The position numbers were made by a program, and so were the translations under genes. From Spirochaetota bacterium (GTDB lineage: Bacteria; Spirochaetota; UBA4802; UBA5550), in contig JBNKTL010000012.1 in assembly GCA_050298055.1 (NCBI GenBank), positions 1 through 64,000 on the forward strand: a DNA stretch of 64,000 bases. Direction: 5' to 3'. The notes below the pieces were generated by a model. It was given only the letters and a program-made list of their open reading frames with translations, made no database searches and had not been told where the DNA came from. Each line of letters begins with the position of its first letter. The stretch's first letter is position 1. This document shows, one piece after another, positions 28,601 to 37,023 of the stretch.

Positions 28601-30845
28601 CCAGGGGGAGAAACAGTGAAAAATATATTTTCTCCTTCAGATTATACCGGGAGTAATAGGGCCAGATCCAGATACTGTTTTCGGTTTTTGACCACCTGTG
28701 GTAATGCAGAATACCGAAAGATTTCCCCTCCTCCCGTGACCACCCGGAAGGCCGGTGATAGAAGGGGAAGTAATACCTGTATCCTCCTTCTTCCCATTCA
28801 TGAAGGGCAAGGGGGAACAGCCAGAACCTCTCCGCGGAACCCGTTCTGTTTTCTTTCCAGTCTATGATCCAGAAGAGGTTTCTGTGGGTCCCGGTCTCAT
28901 CCGAATGTTTATAGAAGAGGGGAATGACCGGTCCCACCCATGATGTATAAGAACAGGGCTTTTCGTCCCACTTCTTCTCCCCCCTCTGTTTTGTGAACCG
29001 GAAATAGAATGGTGATATTGTGGAACTGTCATAACTGGTTATTTCTTTATCAGCATTTAAATCAAATGTACGTTCAATTCTTCTCCATGATGCCATGAGG
29101 GGAAACATGTGCGCATAGAACTCATCGCCGGTGTTTCTTTGGGTCATGAACAGGGGCGGCAGTATGTGAGTGTATCCCTCTTCTCCTTTTTTATTGAAGA
29201 AAAAGGGCATAATCCAGAGGCGTTCCCTTTGACCTTTACTGTTCCTGTACCAGTCGATTAACCAGAAGATGTTCCGGTGAGTCCCTTTATTGTCAGTATG
29301 GGTGTAGGAGAGAGGAATGAGAGGCCCTATCCATCTTGTGAGGCTGTAGGGTCTTTCATCCCATTTTTTCTCACCCCTGTGCTGTGTAAACTTTGAATAG
29401 ATAGGTGTTATTGTTGAACTGGTATAACGGGTTATTTTTTTATTGTCCTTTAAATCAAATGTATACTCCATGCGTCTCCATGATGCCATGAGGGGAAGCA
29501 TGTGTGCGTAGAACTCACCGTTGGCATTTCTGCCGGTCATAACTAACGGCGGTAGTATATGAGTATATCCGCCGGGTCCTTTTTTATGGAAGAAGAAAGG
29601 CATCATCCAGAACCTGTTCAGGGAACCCCTGCTGTCTCTTGACCAGTCAGCAAGCCAGAGGAGGTTTGTGTGCGAACCCTTTCTGTCCCTGTGGTAGTAG
29701 GAGAGGGGAAAGATAGGTCCTATCCACCATGTTATGCTGTAGGGCTTTTCATCCCACTTTTTCTCTCCCCTGTGCCGGGTAAACTGTGAATAGAGGGGTG
29801 ACAGAGTTGAACTTGTATACTCTTTTAAACTTTCTCTGCGTCTCCATGATGCCATGAGGGGAAGCATGAGGGCGGTGAACTCACCGCTGGTATTTCTGCT
29901 GGTCATAAATATTGGCGGTAGTATATGAGTATATCCCCCGGGTCCTTTTTTATGGAAGAAGAAAGGCATCATCCAGAACCTGTTCAGGGAACCCCTGCTG
30001 TCTCTTGACCAGTCAGCAAGCCAGAGGAGGTTTGTGTGCGAGCCCTTTCTGTCCCTGTGGTAGTAGGAGAGGGGGAGAAGGGGTCCTATCCACGATGTGT
30101 AGCTGTATGGTTCCTCATCCCACTTCTTCTCGCCCCTTTTTTTTGTGAACCGGGAATAGAAAAGTGATAGAGTGGAACTATTATAACTGGTTATTTCTCT
30201 ATTATCATTTAAATCAAATTTGCGCTCAATGCTTCTCCATGATGCCATGAGAGGGAGCATGTGTGCGTAGAACTCACCATGGGTGTTTCTGCCGGTCATG
30301 AATATTGGCGGCAGTATGTGAGTATATCCCTCAGGTCCGTTTTTATTGAAAAAGAAAGGGATCAAATATCGATATTGACTTGAGTATCCTTCATTTTTAC
30401 GCTTTTTGTTCCCCCACCAGTATAAATAAAAAAGTGACCTGTCAGTACCGTTTCTTTTAATGTTCGAGTAGTAGAACGGCGCAATACTTCTTAGCTCTTC
30501 GGGTCCATCGACTTTGTCATACCATATTCCAAACAGAGCCCAGGTCATCTTCCTGTTGTCAATCTTGCTCTCCAGCTTATAGAAAAAGGGTAAAAAATAG
30601 CTTCTTTTAAACTTTGGATAATCCTTTGTCTTAAAAAACCAGAAGAACATAAAGGAGGAGTGATTCTCCCATTTTTCCCTTTCCATAAAAAAAAGATCTA
30701 CCGGGTATTTTTCAAATTTCTCACTTCCGTAGTATGTTTTCTCCTCTTCATACAGGTCCGACCAGTCTTTCTTTGCCTTCTCCCCGGCAATGAGGGGAAT
30801 GGCGGAAAAAGACAATATCAGTATTATGTATTTTATGTATCTCAT
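25647..30845 (-). CDS. Giant exported aromatic-rich repeat protein, function unknown
   Basis: 1732-aa ORF, signal peptide; shares N-terminal KAKxDWSDL..YYGSEK and central SEKSSGDIFLPVLFNY..LGPASPD blocks with its neighbour. Confidence 0.87.
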   Translation of the reverse strand: MRYIKYIILILSFSAIPLIAGEKAKKDWSDLYEEEKTYYGSEKFEKYPVDLFFMEREKWENHSSFMFFWFFKTKDYPKFKRSYFLPFFYKLESKIDNRKMTWALFGIWYDKVDGPEELRSIAPFYYSNIKRNGTDRSLFYLYWWGNKKRKNEGYSSQYRYLIPFFFNKNGPEGYTHILPPIFMTGRNTHGEFYAHMLPLMASWRSIERKFDLNDNREITSYNSSTLSLFYSRFTKKRGEKKWDEEPYSYTSWIGPLLPLSYYHRDRKGSHTNLLWLADWSRDSRGSLNRFWMMPFFFHKKGPGGYTHILPPIFMTSRNTSGEFTALMLPLMASWRRRESLKEYTSSTLSPLYSQFTRHRGEKKWDEKPYSITWWIGPIFPLSYYHRDRKGSHTNLLWLADWSRDSRGSLNRFWMMPFFFHKKGPGGYTHILPPLVMTGRNANGEFYAHMLPLMASWRRMEYTFDLKDNKKITRYTSSTITPIYSKFTQHRGEKKWDERPYSLTRWIGPLIPLSYTHTDNKGTHRNIFWLIDWYRNSKGQRERLWIMPFFFNKKGEEGYTHILPPLFMTQRNTGDEFYAHMFPLMASWRRIERTFDLNADKEITSYDSSTISPFYFRFTKQRGEKKWDEKPCSYTSWVGPVIPLFYKHSDETGTHRNLFWIIDWKENRTGSAERFWLFPLALHEWEEGGYRYYFPFYHRPSGWSREEGKSFGILHYHRWSKTENSIWIWPYYSRYNLKEKIYFSLFLPLGASWRSEKSSGDIFLPVLFNYRSKRRSYHVNILGLSRTAALGPASPDLSLDVGKYKGNCHLDTDISWLYDLFSISSRITLKNPFKKEENITPDKLADNRKLTEKLQIGETEKGKTGIVKKKTVNRESSEYFWGLNLLYGLAAFERADSRRHFRLLPLSWITWDKESDDKLYVVPLPLPVIRYKSIDEDSEYTVVFPFYGNQREGKSYSRGYLLNLFWDQYDDEKKLKEKTFLWPIINRYSSPVKSGWRVFPFIWRKKSREKGILASRFISPLYYSHYRRDEKTDETLYKFVINPLSFSRKIIENESISERTLFPLIPFCYHSMKSYRVNEEEAPLSSSTLARRYRVKERLEKRSFLFPFYFSTGEKETSQAGTTREKIKVFAPLFLTYYESSIHAALENRVSGEEGDKVLKPARDYNLFMFGYSSYNNSFANRNSFLSGLLWKYRREHESGDSRLQVLYGLYRSENSGETRINSLFPIWDYSDSPIRSEFNILYGLWGKESNSREDSSSFKFLYGWVSYNRTGAATKLRVLPFFSTCSSPDRDEFSFLLGLYNNYSNRREESFGSNLFWGLVHQGSFTGREFSPLVGSRAMKTRKKTSWFFPLVYHSESSWEGGYKNKVNLSLFQYRKTETYTTETERKKRETVVTPLLLYSRTSEYNTPHDYESSWNFMGFVSGKESYDYSRFFIFPFLYRSNRNGERHTNILGLIDFRKDRKGHFHKAWVLPLWISYTGRKSFWTVPPLLTGSLTGPHGYSRLVLGTYWHISKEYERENIFSLWDHRRYNDTDDRRERDIYSVLFSAVKYDVTPEINRFKLLWGALLSKKTYASTESYEVSALFNLFNREANETYSYSHFFPLWYYKNYNDPDRGYSFLSPIILSCFSKDRNGDLDLGLLGLVYFRKNNIPAQKERRMVLLGTLYNEVRRPEKGLHSEGSFWGALWEKETESKTGYRKFAILKEVYKKVTYKGKTRHKILGIMVKTSDAVDI
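28760..30360 (-). repeat. Intragenic tandem repeats of 366-393 bp
   Basis: GYTHILPP codons at ~30320, 29927, 29561 and 29168; 29548-29708 vs 29914-30074 differ at 2 of 161 nt. Confidence 0.9.
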
Positions 30846-31036
30846 GATTATCTTCTTATCTCTTAAGCTGTTGTTTATTATTCAGTATAGCGTATTTTCA
30901 GGACAGGGTCTTCTTATTCCCAGTCATCTCTGGAAATAGGAAATCGGACTAACATCTCATTTTTAAGTGAAATTATGATTGACTTTATAGTTCTTATATC
31001 AGATTTTAATTATATATAAATTTCATGAGAGAATTT

Positions 31037-31090
31037 AACTGGTATCTCCCCGCCGCGGTCGGCGGCGGGGGGATACTAATAATATTTTCA
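31037..31090 (+). repeat. ~130-bp MITE-like element, copy 2 (core only recognisable)
   Basis: gtatctccccgccgc-ggtcg-gcggcggggggatac. Confidence 0.65.
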
Positions 31091-31159
31091 TTGATAGGGA
31101 TAAAATTTAGAATATGGTAAAGCCGTATTTCAATGTGCTAAATATTTCAGGGGTAAGTT

Positions 31160-31696
31160 ATGAAAGTTGTTCATGTGTTGAAAAGAATTGAGACAATAGA
31201 TGAGGATATAAAGGACCTGCGCAAGCTTGAGAAGTCCCTTGCCAAGGACAAATCCTTTACAACTGCTATTTATATGTCAATTGAGAAGCAGATCAATATC
31301 CTTCTTGGTGAAAGGATAAAGATGCTTGAGTTAAAGATTGAAAATCCCCCCGAACAGATGGTTGAGGAGATAGAAGGGAAGCCGGAAGAGAGAGAAGAAA
31401 AGAAAAAGATTCAAAAAACCTCAAAGAAAAAAACCGCTAAAAAAAAACCATCGAAGAATAAGGCAAAAGTCACGGATATTGATGAAATCCCCATGCTTAC
31501 CCAGGACCAGATTGACGCGAAGATCAGCAATATATCCGTAACAAAAAAAGAGAAGAAAGAAGCGGAAAAAACAGATGAGAAGGAGATCAAGCTGCTTGAT
31601 GCCGCCCTTGAGCATGGGACCCTGAACAAGAAGGAACTGGAGGAATCCAGGGACAAAAAGGTAAAATTTTTCAGAGAGAATTTCCCTTCCGATTGA
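31160..31696 (+). CDS. Hypothetical Lys/Glu-rich protein
   Basis: 178-aa ORF with coiled-coil-like N-terminus; no recognised motif. Confidence 0.7.
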   Translation: MKVVHVLKRIETIDEDIKDLRKLEKSLAKDKSFTTAIYMSIEKQINILLGERIKMLELKIENPPEQMVEEIEGKPEEREEKKKIQKTSKKKTAKKKPSKNKAKVTDIDEIPMLTQDQIDAKISNISVTKKEKKEAEKTDEKEIKLLDAALEHGTLNKKELEESRDKKVKFFRENFPSD

Positions 31697-31906
31697 TACT
31701 TGTGCTGAGCCCGCGCATCTATAGATCAATATCGAATAAGTCTGCAATTAAGAATAGTGGTGTGTTCGGTTGATTTTTTCGGCGCGAAATTTTAATTACT
31801 GGTGGCACACAGGAGCATTCCTATCAACAGAAAATCGTTTATACATTCACATAAGATGCATTGTGTCCCTTTATGCCGGTGTTTGCATTCACTGGATACT
31901 CTTATA

Positions 31907-31937
31907 ATAGGAGCAGATTTCTACAAGACCAAGACAA
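31907..31937 (+). repeat. 31-bp direct repeat, left copy
   Basis: ataggagcagatttctacaagaccaagacaa, 28/31 identical to 33231-33261. Confidence 0.8.
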
Positions 31938-32008
31938 ATAGTTAAGCGCCTTATACATGAAAGGAAGTTAAAATGTTTTCAATACATCCAAGTAAAGTGG
32001 AGATTCGT

Positions 32009-33214
32009 ATGAGAAAAAATATTAGTTTTCAGTTACTCATTTATTGTCTAGCCTTTCTAGTCAGCTATGGTTGTAGCAGTGAAAATCCCTCTGATCCTAA
32101 TCCATCACCAACCTTATGGGATAATATAAAAAGTAATGCCTCACCTACTCTTTTACTCAGTACAGAGTTTAATACCCCAACAAGACTTGTTAATGTAAGT
32201 ACCATGGCCTGGGAGGATGGTATATATGTAAGTGATGATGGCCTGAGCCTGTTTGCTTTTTATGCACCGGTTTCACTTTTTAAGTTTCAACAATATGTCA
32301 ATTCATATCCTTATGTTGCCCCCAATGTCTGCGCACCTATAACAAATTATATTCGTGGTTCGATTTTATCCGGTAGTGATTTTGAGCTACAGCTACCCTA
32401 TGATCTTCCGGATTCTATTTGTAATCATGGTAACGGTATTGTTCACTCGGAAATCGCTTATGCGTCCAGGAGCTCGGTGAATGATAATTTTTCGTCCTGG
32501 TCAAGGCATGCTGTATCAACCGATTTTGTTTATGATGGTGGCTTTTCCTCTACCGATAATGGTGATGACACATATAACCTTGTTTATAGTCAATCTACCA
32601 GCTCAAACCAAAATGATATTTATTGGGTTCAAAATGCATCCAGCCTGAATCCTGGTTCTGCAATACCCGTTGCGCTGCCTTCAGCCATCAATACAAATAT
32701 GCAAGAAGATAATCCACATCTTGAAAGAATCAGCGCTACTGAATTAATACTGCTGTTTGATAATCATTATGAAACGGGAGGTAGTGGCGATACGCACATA
32801 TCTTACTCTATTTCAACAGATAACGGTGTGAACTGGAGCATACCAATAATTATCGCGACGGGAACAATTAATGATTACACGGAGGATTTATCCGGTCATC
32901 TTTATAAGGATGGTGCCAATAACTGGTGGCTTTATTTGACCTCTAACCGTGATGGAAAAGTTGAGATATGGCGTGTCCAACACGCTACTAATAATCTTAT
33001 CGCTGATTTTGATAACTGGAATAGCTCCTCAATGGAAAAAGTTATTGCAACAGGCAGTGTTACTGGAAACATCGGTACCATAGGGGGATTAGGAGAACCC
33101 TCTCTGACTTCCGATGGTGATCTATACTTTGTTGTGGTTTACTGTAAAAATCCTAGTGATCAAACAGAATTTGACGGCTGTGATATTGATCCCTGGGTTG
33201 CTACAAAAAAATAG
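32009..33214 (+). CDS. Putative lipoprotein with Asp-box / beta-propeller-like motifs
   Basis: GGAG SD, signal MRKNISFQLLIYCLAFLVSYG-C; SISTDNGVNWS Asp-box; PSLTSDGDLYF. Confidence 0.75.
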   Translation: MRKNISFQLLIYCLAFLVSYGCSSENPSDPNPSPTLWDNIKSNASPTLLLSTEFNTPTRLVNVSTMAWEDGIYVSDDGLSLFAFYAPVSLFKFQQYVNSYPYVAPNVCAPITNYIRGSILSGSDFELQLPYDLPDSICNHGNGIVHSEIAYASRSSVNDNFSSWSRHAVSTDFVYDGGFSSTDNGDDTYNLVYSQSTSSNQNDIYWVQNASSLNPGSAIPVALPSAINTNMQEDNPHLERISATELILLFDNHYETGGSGDTHISYSISTDNGVNWSIPIIIATGTINDYTEDLSGHLYKDGANNWWLYLTSNRDGKVEIWRVQHATNNLIADFDNWNSSSMEKVIATGSVTGNIGTIGGLGEPSLTSDGDLYFVVVYCKNPSDQTEFDGCDIDPWVATKK

Positions 33215-33230
33215 AAAAAACATACAATAG

Positions 33231-33261
33231 ATAGGAGCAGATTCCTGCAAGATCAAGACAA
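33231..33261 (+). repeat. 31-bp direct repeat, right copy
   Basis: ataggagcagattcctgcaagatcaagacaa. Confidence 0.8.
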
Positions 33262-33329
33262 GACTAAGAGTTGGATATTTCGGCAGTTAAGCAATCACAT
33301 GATTAGTTGAAAATCAAACAGTCGAAGCA

Positions 33330-36080
33330 CTATGGGCCGGTAACATGCTCTTTACGGGATTTCCCAATCATTAATTCGATCCTGTACTTTTCAATAAAAT
33401 ATATTGACGTCCCCGTTGAGATGTCTTCACTTTTTACGTCGCTTATTTCAATATTGTCAATCAATTGCAGATCACGGTTTTTCTTTGTTATCAAATGAGT
33501 GACTTTTTCAGGCAATTTCTCAAGGGGGATAAACTCGGTAGATGTGTTGTCGCTGAATTTCAGTGAGTAGTAATTGTCCCTGGTCATGTACCGTGATATG
33601 ATGGCATGGGCGCTGTTCTCCCCGGATTTTTTTCCCTCGGCCAGGTTCTTTATAATTCCCGTTTCCTCTGTAACGGAATAATTTCCCTCTTTATCCGCGC
33701 TGAGCCTGTAGACCGTGATCCTTTTCTTTATATCAGGAAAGTAATGAAAGTTATTAATGGTGTTGATAACATTCTGACTGAACCTGTAAAGGTTCTCAAG
33801 GATTTCTTTTTTTAGACGTGCGGGTTTTATGAAAATAAATATATTCCCCCTTTCATTGATAAGATATGAAAAAAGGTATTTTTGACTCTCCTGGTAAATT
33901 ATTGATATTCCATTGTTCTGCCTGTTTTTATAACTTTCTGACAGTGCCCTGACAAAGCTATCTTCCCCCTGAAAATCATACATAATCTGTTTCCTGGGAT
34001 TCAGAGTAATGGTTGCCATCATCTTCAGAGGATTGTCCAGCACATCAATTTTAACATCATTCCCCCTGTGGCTGTTAATGACCAGGTATTTGCCGGAGAT
34101 ATTAAGGACAAGGCATGAAGCGCCACTCCGGCTTTCCCGGACAATTGATTTATAGCTGTCTCGGAATGTTTTTTCAATGTCCCTGTAGAGCTTTCTTGTG
34201 GGTTCCGGTGAAAAAACATGACAGTAATCGTTGTAGTCCCTTTTCAATATCAAACCGTTTTTCAGGATGCCGGATAAAATATCGGCGAGGCTGTCTTCAC
34301 TATTGGAGAAATCGATATAGGCTTCTCCCCAGCTGGTGTGATAAAGGTGATGGATGGTTTTAATTGAACTCTGACTTTCAAGGTTGAAATTCAGGATGAC
34401 CATATTGACCACGTTAAATACAGGCCGGGTGTAATAGTTGTTTTTTATGGAGATGCTTTTGGCAACAAAGAGCTCCGAAATTTTTGATAACAGTTCAATA
34501 ACAAGGTTCTGGTCAATTCTCGAATAACCTGACACGATCTTTATCCTTGAGAACAGGGGGTCAAAAATTTTATTTATGGCTGTCCATGAAATCAGTTTGA
34601 GAAGGTCCTTCTGAGTGTTCAGAACTGTGGAAACAGGCTTTTCACCGTTCTCTTTTATATTTTTATAGAGCTTCCACTCAACTTCTTTTATTCCGGAGCT
34701 TTCAGGTTCTATATAGAGAACAGCTTCGTGAGGGGTCTCCTTGAAAGTGATGTACTGGTCGATCTTATTTGCCCCGGGCAGGAAGTGGGTTTTTATCTTC
34801 CTGTTGAGAAGTTTAAAGTCAGTGTCAGAGATTTTCTGCTGCAGGTTGAGTTCAGGTAACGCGGCTGAGATGTTCTGGTAGCTGAGCAGCATGAATTTTT
34901 TCACCAGGTTCCAGAAAGCCATTGTCCTGTTATAATCCCATTTATTGAAATTATCAAGATCGGTGATATCATCCTGGGTCCATTTCCATTCTTTTATATA
35001 TTTGAACATTACGCTCACATTATAGGGCAGGTTTTTGCTTTTTTTCATGCCAATATATTTTGAAAGCTGCGGATTAATTTTCAGATAGAGGTTCTGTCTC
35101 AATATTTTCAGAAGATCTTTGTCCTTGAGCGCGGACTCATAGTAGTCATAAACTTCGTCAAACATCAATATATAAGAATCAAGGATTTTGTTATCAATCT
35201 CTCTTCTTAAAACACTGGATTTGACTTTCTGGCTCAGGAGCGGGGCCGAACCTGTTTTGTAGAGATACTTCTCCAGAACGCCCAGTTTGATAATTGATTT
35301 AAAGGGATTTCCCAGTGACTTAATAAGCTGAAACAGGGCGGCCCCAAGGAAATCTTCTTTTGAAATTGAATAGAGGTTCCCGAGGTCAATGAAATCGTTT
35401 TCTTTCATCTCTTCGGGAATGCTGTTGTAGACTTTTGAGTATTCGCTATCGGTAACAAACTTCGGCATGACCCACCAGAAAGGGATCTTGCCCGAGAGAA
35501 CAATTGAACTCCTGAAAAACTCGTCCTTGAGCAGCGCTCCAATTGTTGATCCGAAGGCTTCTTCTTCGCTCTCATCGAAGATATTGTTCTTTATATCTTC
35601 AATGTCATTTATGAAGAGATTTACATCAAGCTTTGATTCCGTGCTGATCCATTTCTGGATCCCCTGTACTTTGTTTACAAACCGCCCGTATTTTTCCCTG
35701 CTGACTCTGCGCCTGTCAATACAGACCCAGAAGTCATAATCTGATTTTTTTGTATATGCTATGGTGCCGATGCTTCCCATAACAGCCAGCATCTCTATAA
35801 AGGGGTTCTCGGTTCCCACTTTAAGGTTTCTTGTTCTGAATCGTGTTTCAATATAATTGACAATTGAGGGGTCCGGTGTATAGTTTACTATCCCGTAAGG
35901 AGTATCCCCTTCACAATATCCGGGAACATTGCTGTGATTTATACTCAGGAGCAGGGGAATTGAATTAATGATTTTGCTGGCAGTGCTGTTGGAAAAGAGT
36001 TCCTGGAAACGGTTATACTTCGCCTCGTTGAATTTTAAGAAGCTCTCTTTATTTTTTATTATTATATCGTTAAATGTCAT
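33330..36080 (-). CDS. cyaA: Class I adenylate cyclase
   Basis: MGSIGTIAYTKKSDYDFWVC (GS...DxD), LLKDEFFRS, GKIPFWW, LFQLIKSLGNPFKS motifs. Confidence 0.85.
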   Translation of the reverse strand: MTFNDIIIKNKESFLKFNEAKYNRFQELFSNSTASKIINSIPLLLSINHSNVPGYCEGDTPYGIVNYTPDPSIVNYIETRFRTRNLKVGTENPFIEMLAVMGSIGTIAYTKKSDYDFWVCIDRRRVSREKYGRFVNKVQGIQKWISTESKLDVNLFINDIEDIKNNIFDESEEEAFGSTIGALLKDEFFRSSIVLSGKIPFWWVMPKFVTDSEYSKVYNSIPEEMKENDFIDLGNLYSISKEDFLGAALFQLIKSLGNPFKSIIKLGVLEKYLYKTGSAPLLSQKVKSSVLRREIDNKILDSYILMFDEVYDYYESALKDKDLLKILRQNLYLKINPQLSKYIGMKKSKNLPYNVSVMFKYIKEWKWTQDDITDLDNFNKWDYNRTMAFWNLVKKFMLLSYQNISAALPELNLQQKISDTDFKLLNRKIKTHFLPGANKIDQYITFKETPHEAVLYIEPESSGIKEVEWKLYKNIKENGEKPVSTVLNTQKDLLKLISWTAINKIFDPLFSRIKIVSGYSRIDQNLVIELLSKISELFVAKSISIKNNYYTRPVFNVVNMVILNFNLESQSSIKTIHHLYHTSWGEAYIDFSNSEDSLADILSGILKNGLILKRDYNDYCHVFSPEPTRKLYRDIEKTFRDSYKSIVRESRSGASCLVLNISGKYLVINSHRGNDVKIDVLDNPLKMMATITLNPRKQIMYDFQGEDSFVRALSESYKNRQNNGISIIYQESQKYLFSYLINERGNIFIFIKPARLKKEILENLYRFSQNVINTINNFHYFPDIKKRITVYRLSADKEGNYSVTEETGIIKNLAEGKKSGENSAHAIISRYMTRDNYYSLKFSDNTSTEFIPLEKLPEKVTHLITKKNRDLQLIDNIEISDVKSEDISTGTSIYFIEKYRIELMIGKSRKEHVTGP

Positions 36081-36249
36081 GGGTTAAGAGGGCGAATAAA
36101 TGTGCCCGATAAAATTCACTGGTTAATCTTTTACCATAATACAAAAAACTTGTTCTTTTGTACAGATAAAAAGAATTCATTTGACACAATAAAATCAAGG
36201 TTTTTTTTTGTTATCATCGGGTTGGGGATAATTCAATAAGGAATGGAAT

Positions 36250-36588
36250 ATGGATGAAATAACTCTGCTCAAATACATCCTGGACAGTATCAAAGAACCG
36301 GTTGTGTATGTAGATACCAAACACATTATCAGGTATCTCAACAGGCCCGCGGAAATGCATTATTCAAAGAAGTGGGGCAATATTCTTGGGAAGTCGATTT
36401 TTCACTGTCACAACGAGAGATCCTCCGGGATAATAAGGGAAGTTTACCAGGAAATGCTCAATGGCCTGGATGAAAAGAAAATTACCGATAATGAAAAGCA
36501 CAGGGTCTACATGAGAGCTGTCCGTGATAATCAGGGCGAATTGATCGGCTATACGGAAAGGTATGAGCCTCCGGGAAAAGGGAAATAA
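36250..36588 (+). CDS. Stand-alone PAS domain protein
   Basis: ILDSIKEPVVYVDTKHIIRYLN, LGKSIFHCHNERS, AVRDNQGELIGY. Confidence 0.85.
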   Translation: MDEITLLKYILDSIKEPVVYVDTKHIIRYLNRPAEMHYSKKWGNILGKSIFHCHNERSSGIIREVYQEMLNGLDEKKITDNEKHRVYMRAVRDNQGELIGYTERYEPPGKGK

Positions 36589-36625
36589 AACGTAACACAA
36601 ATTATATCAAGAAATAAATAGGACA

Positions 36626-36653
36626 GCAGGCGGGGTCATGTGACCCCGCCTGC
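36626..36653. repeat. REP-like perfect palindrome / possible terminator
   Basis: gcaggcggggtca-tg-tgaccccgcctgc downstream of PAS gene; no U-tract. Confidence 0.55.
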
Positions 36654-36740
36654 GACATCTCCTGAGATTCCGGAATGAGTTTTAAATATATTTTTGACTT
36701 AAAATGCGGAACGTATTATTGTATATTTATAATATTGTTA

Positions 36741-36876
36741 CTATTCAGCTAAGCATAAGAATAGACATGTTAATGAACAAAAAAGATAACCGATATGTCT
36801 CCGCCGCTGACCGCGGCGGGGACATCTTGTTGGTATTTTATTAAATATGTTTATTTTCAACCATACAAATGAGTAG
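36741..36876 (+). repeat. ~130-bp MITE-like element, copy 3
   Basis: Starts ctattcagct, core atgtctccgccgc-tgacc-gcggcggggacat, ends gagtag. Confidence 0.75.
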
Positions 36877-37023
36877 TTATATAATATTAATTAAAAAACT
36901 TGCTATTAATTAACGGAATAGAGAATCTGTAATGAAATTTCGGATGTTTTCCCATCAATTAATGAGGATAAATTAAATTCTCAATAAAACCAATATGTTA
37001 AAGAGAAAAGAGTGTGAGGAATA

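Noticed and set aside
31740..33300. Canonical integron with attC sites
   Set aside because: No intI and no clear RYYYAAC inverse core or long attC hairpin; kept only as a cassette-like finding
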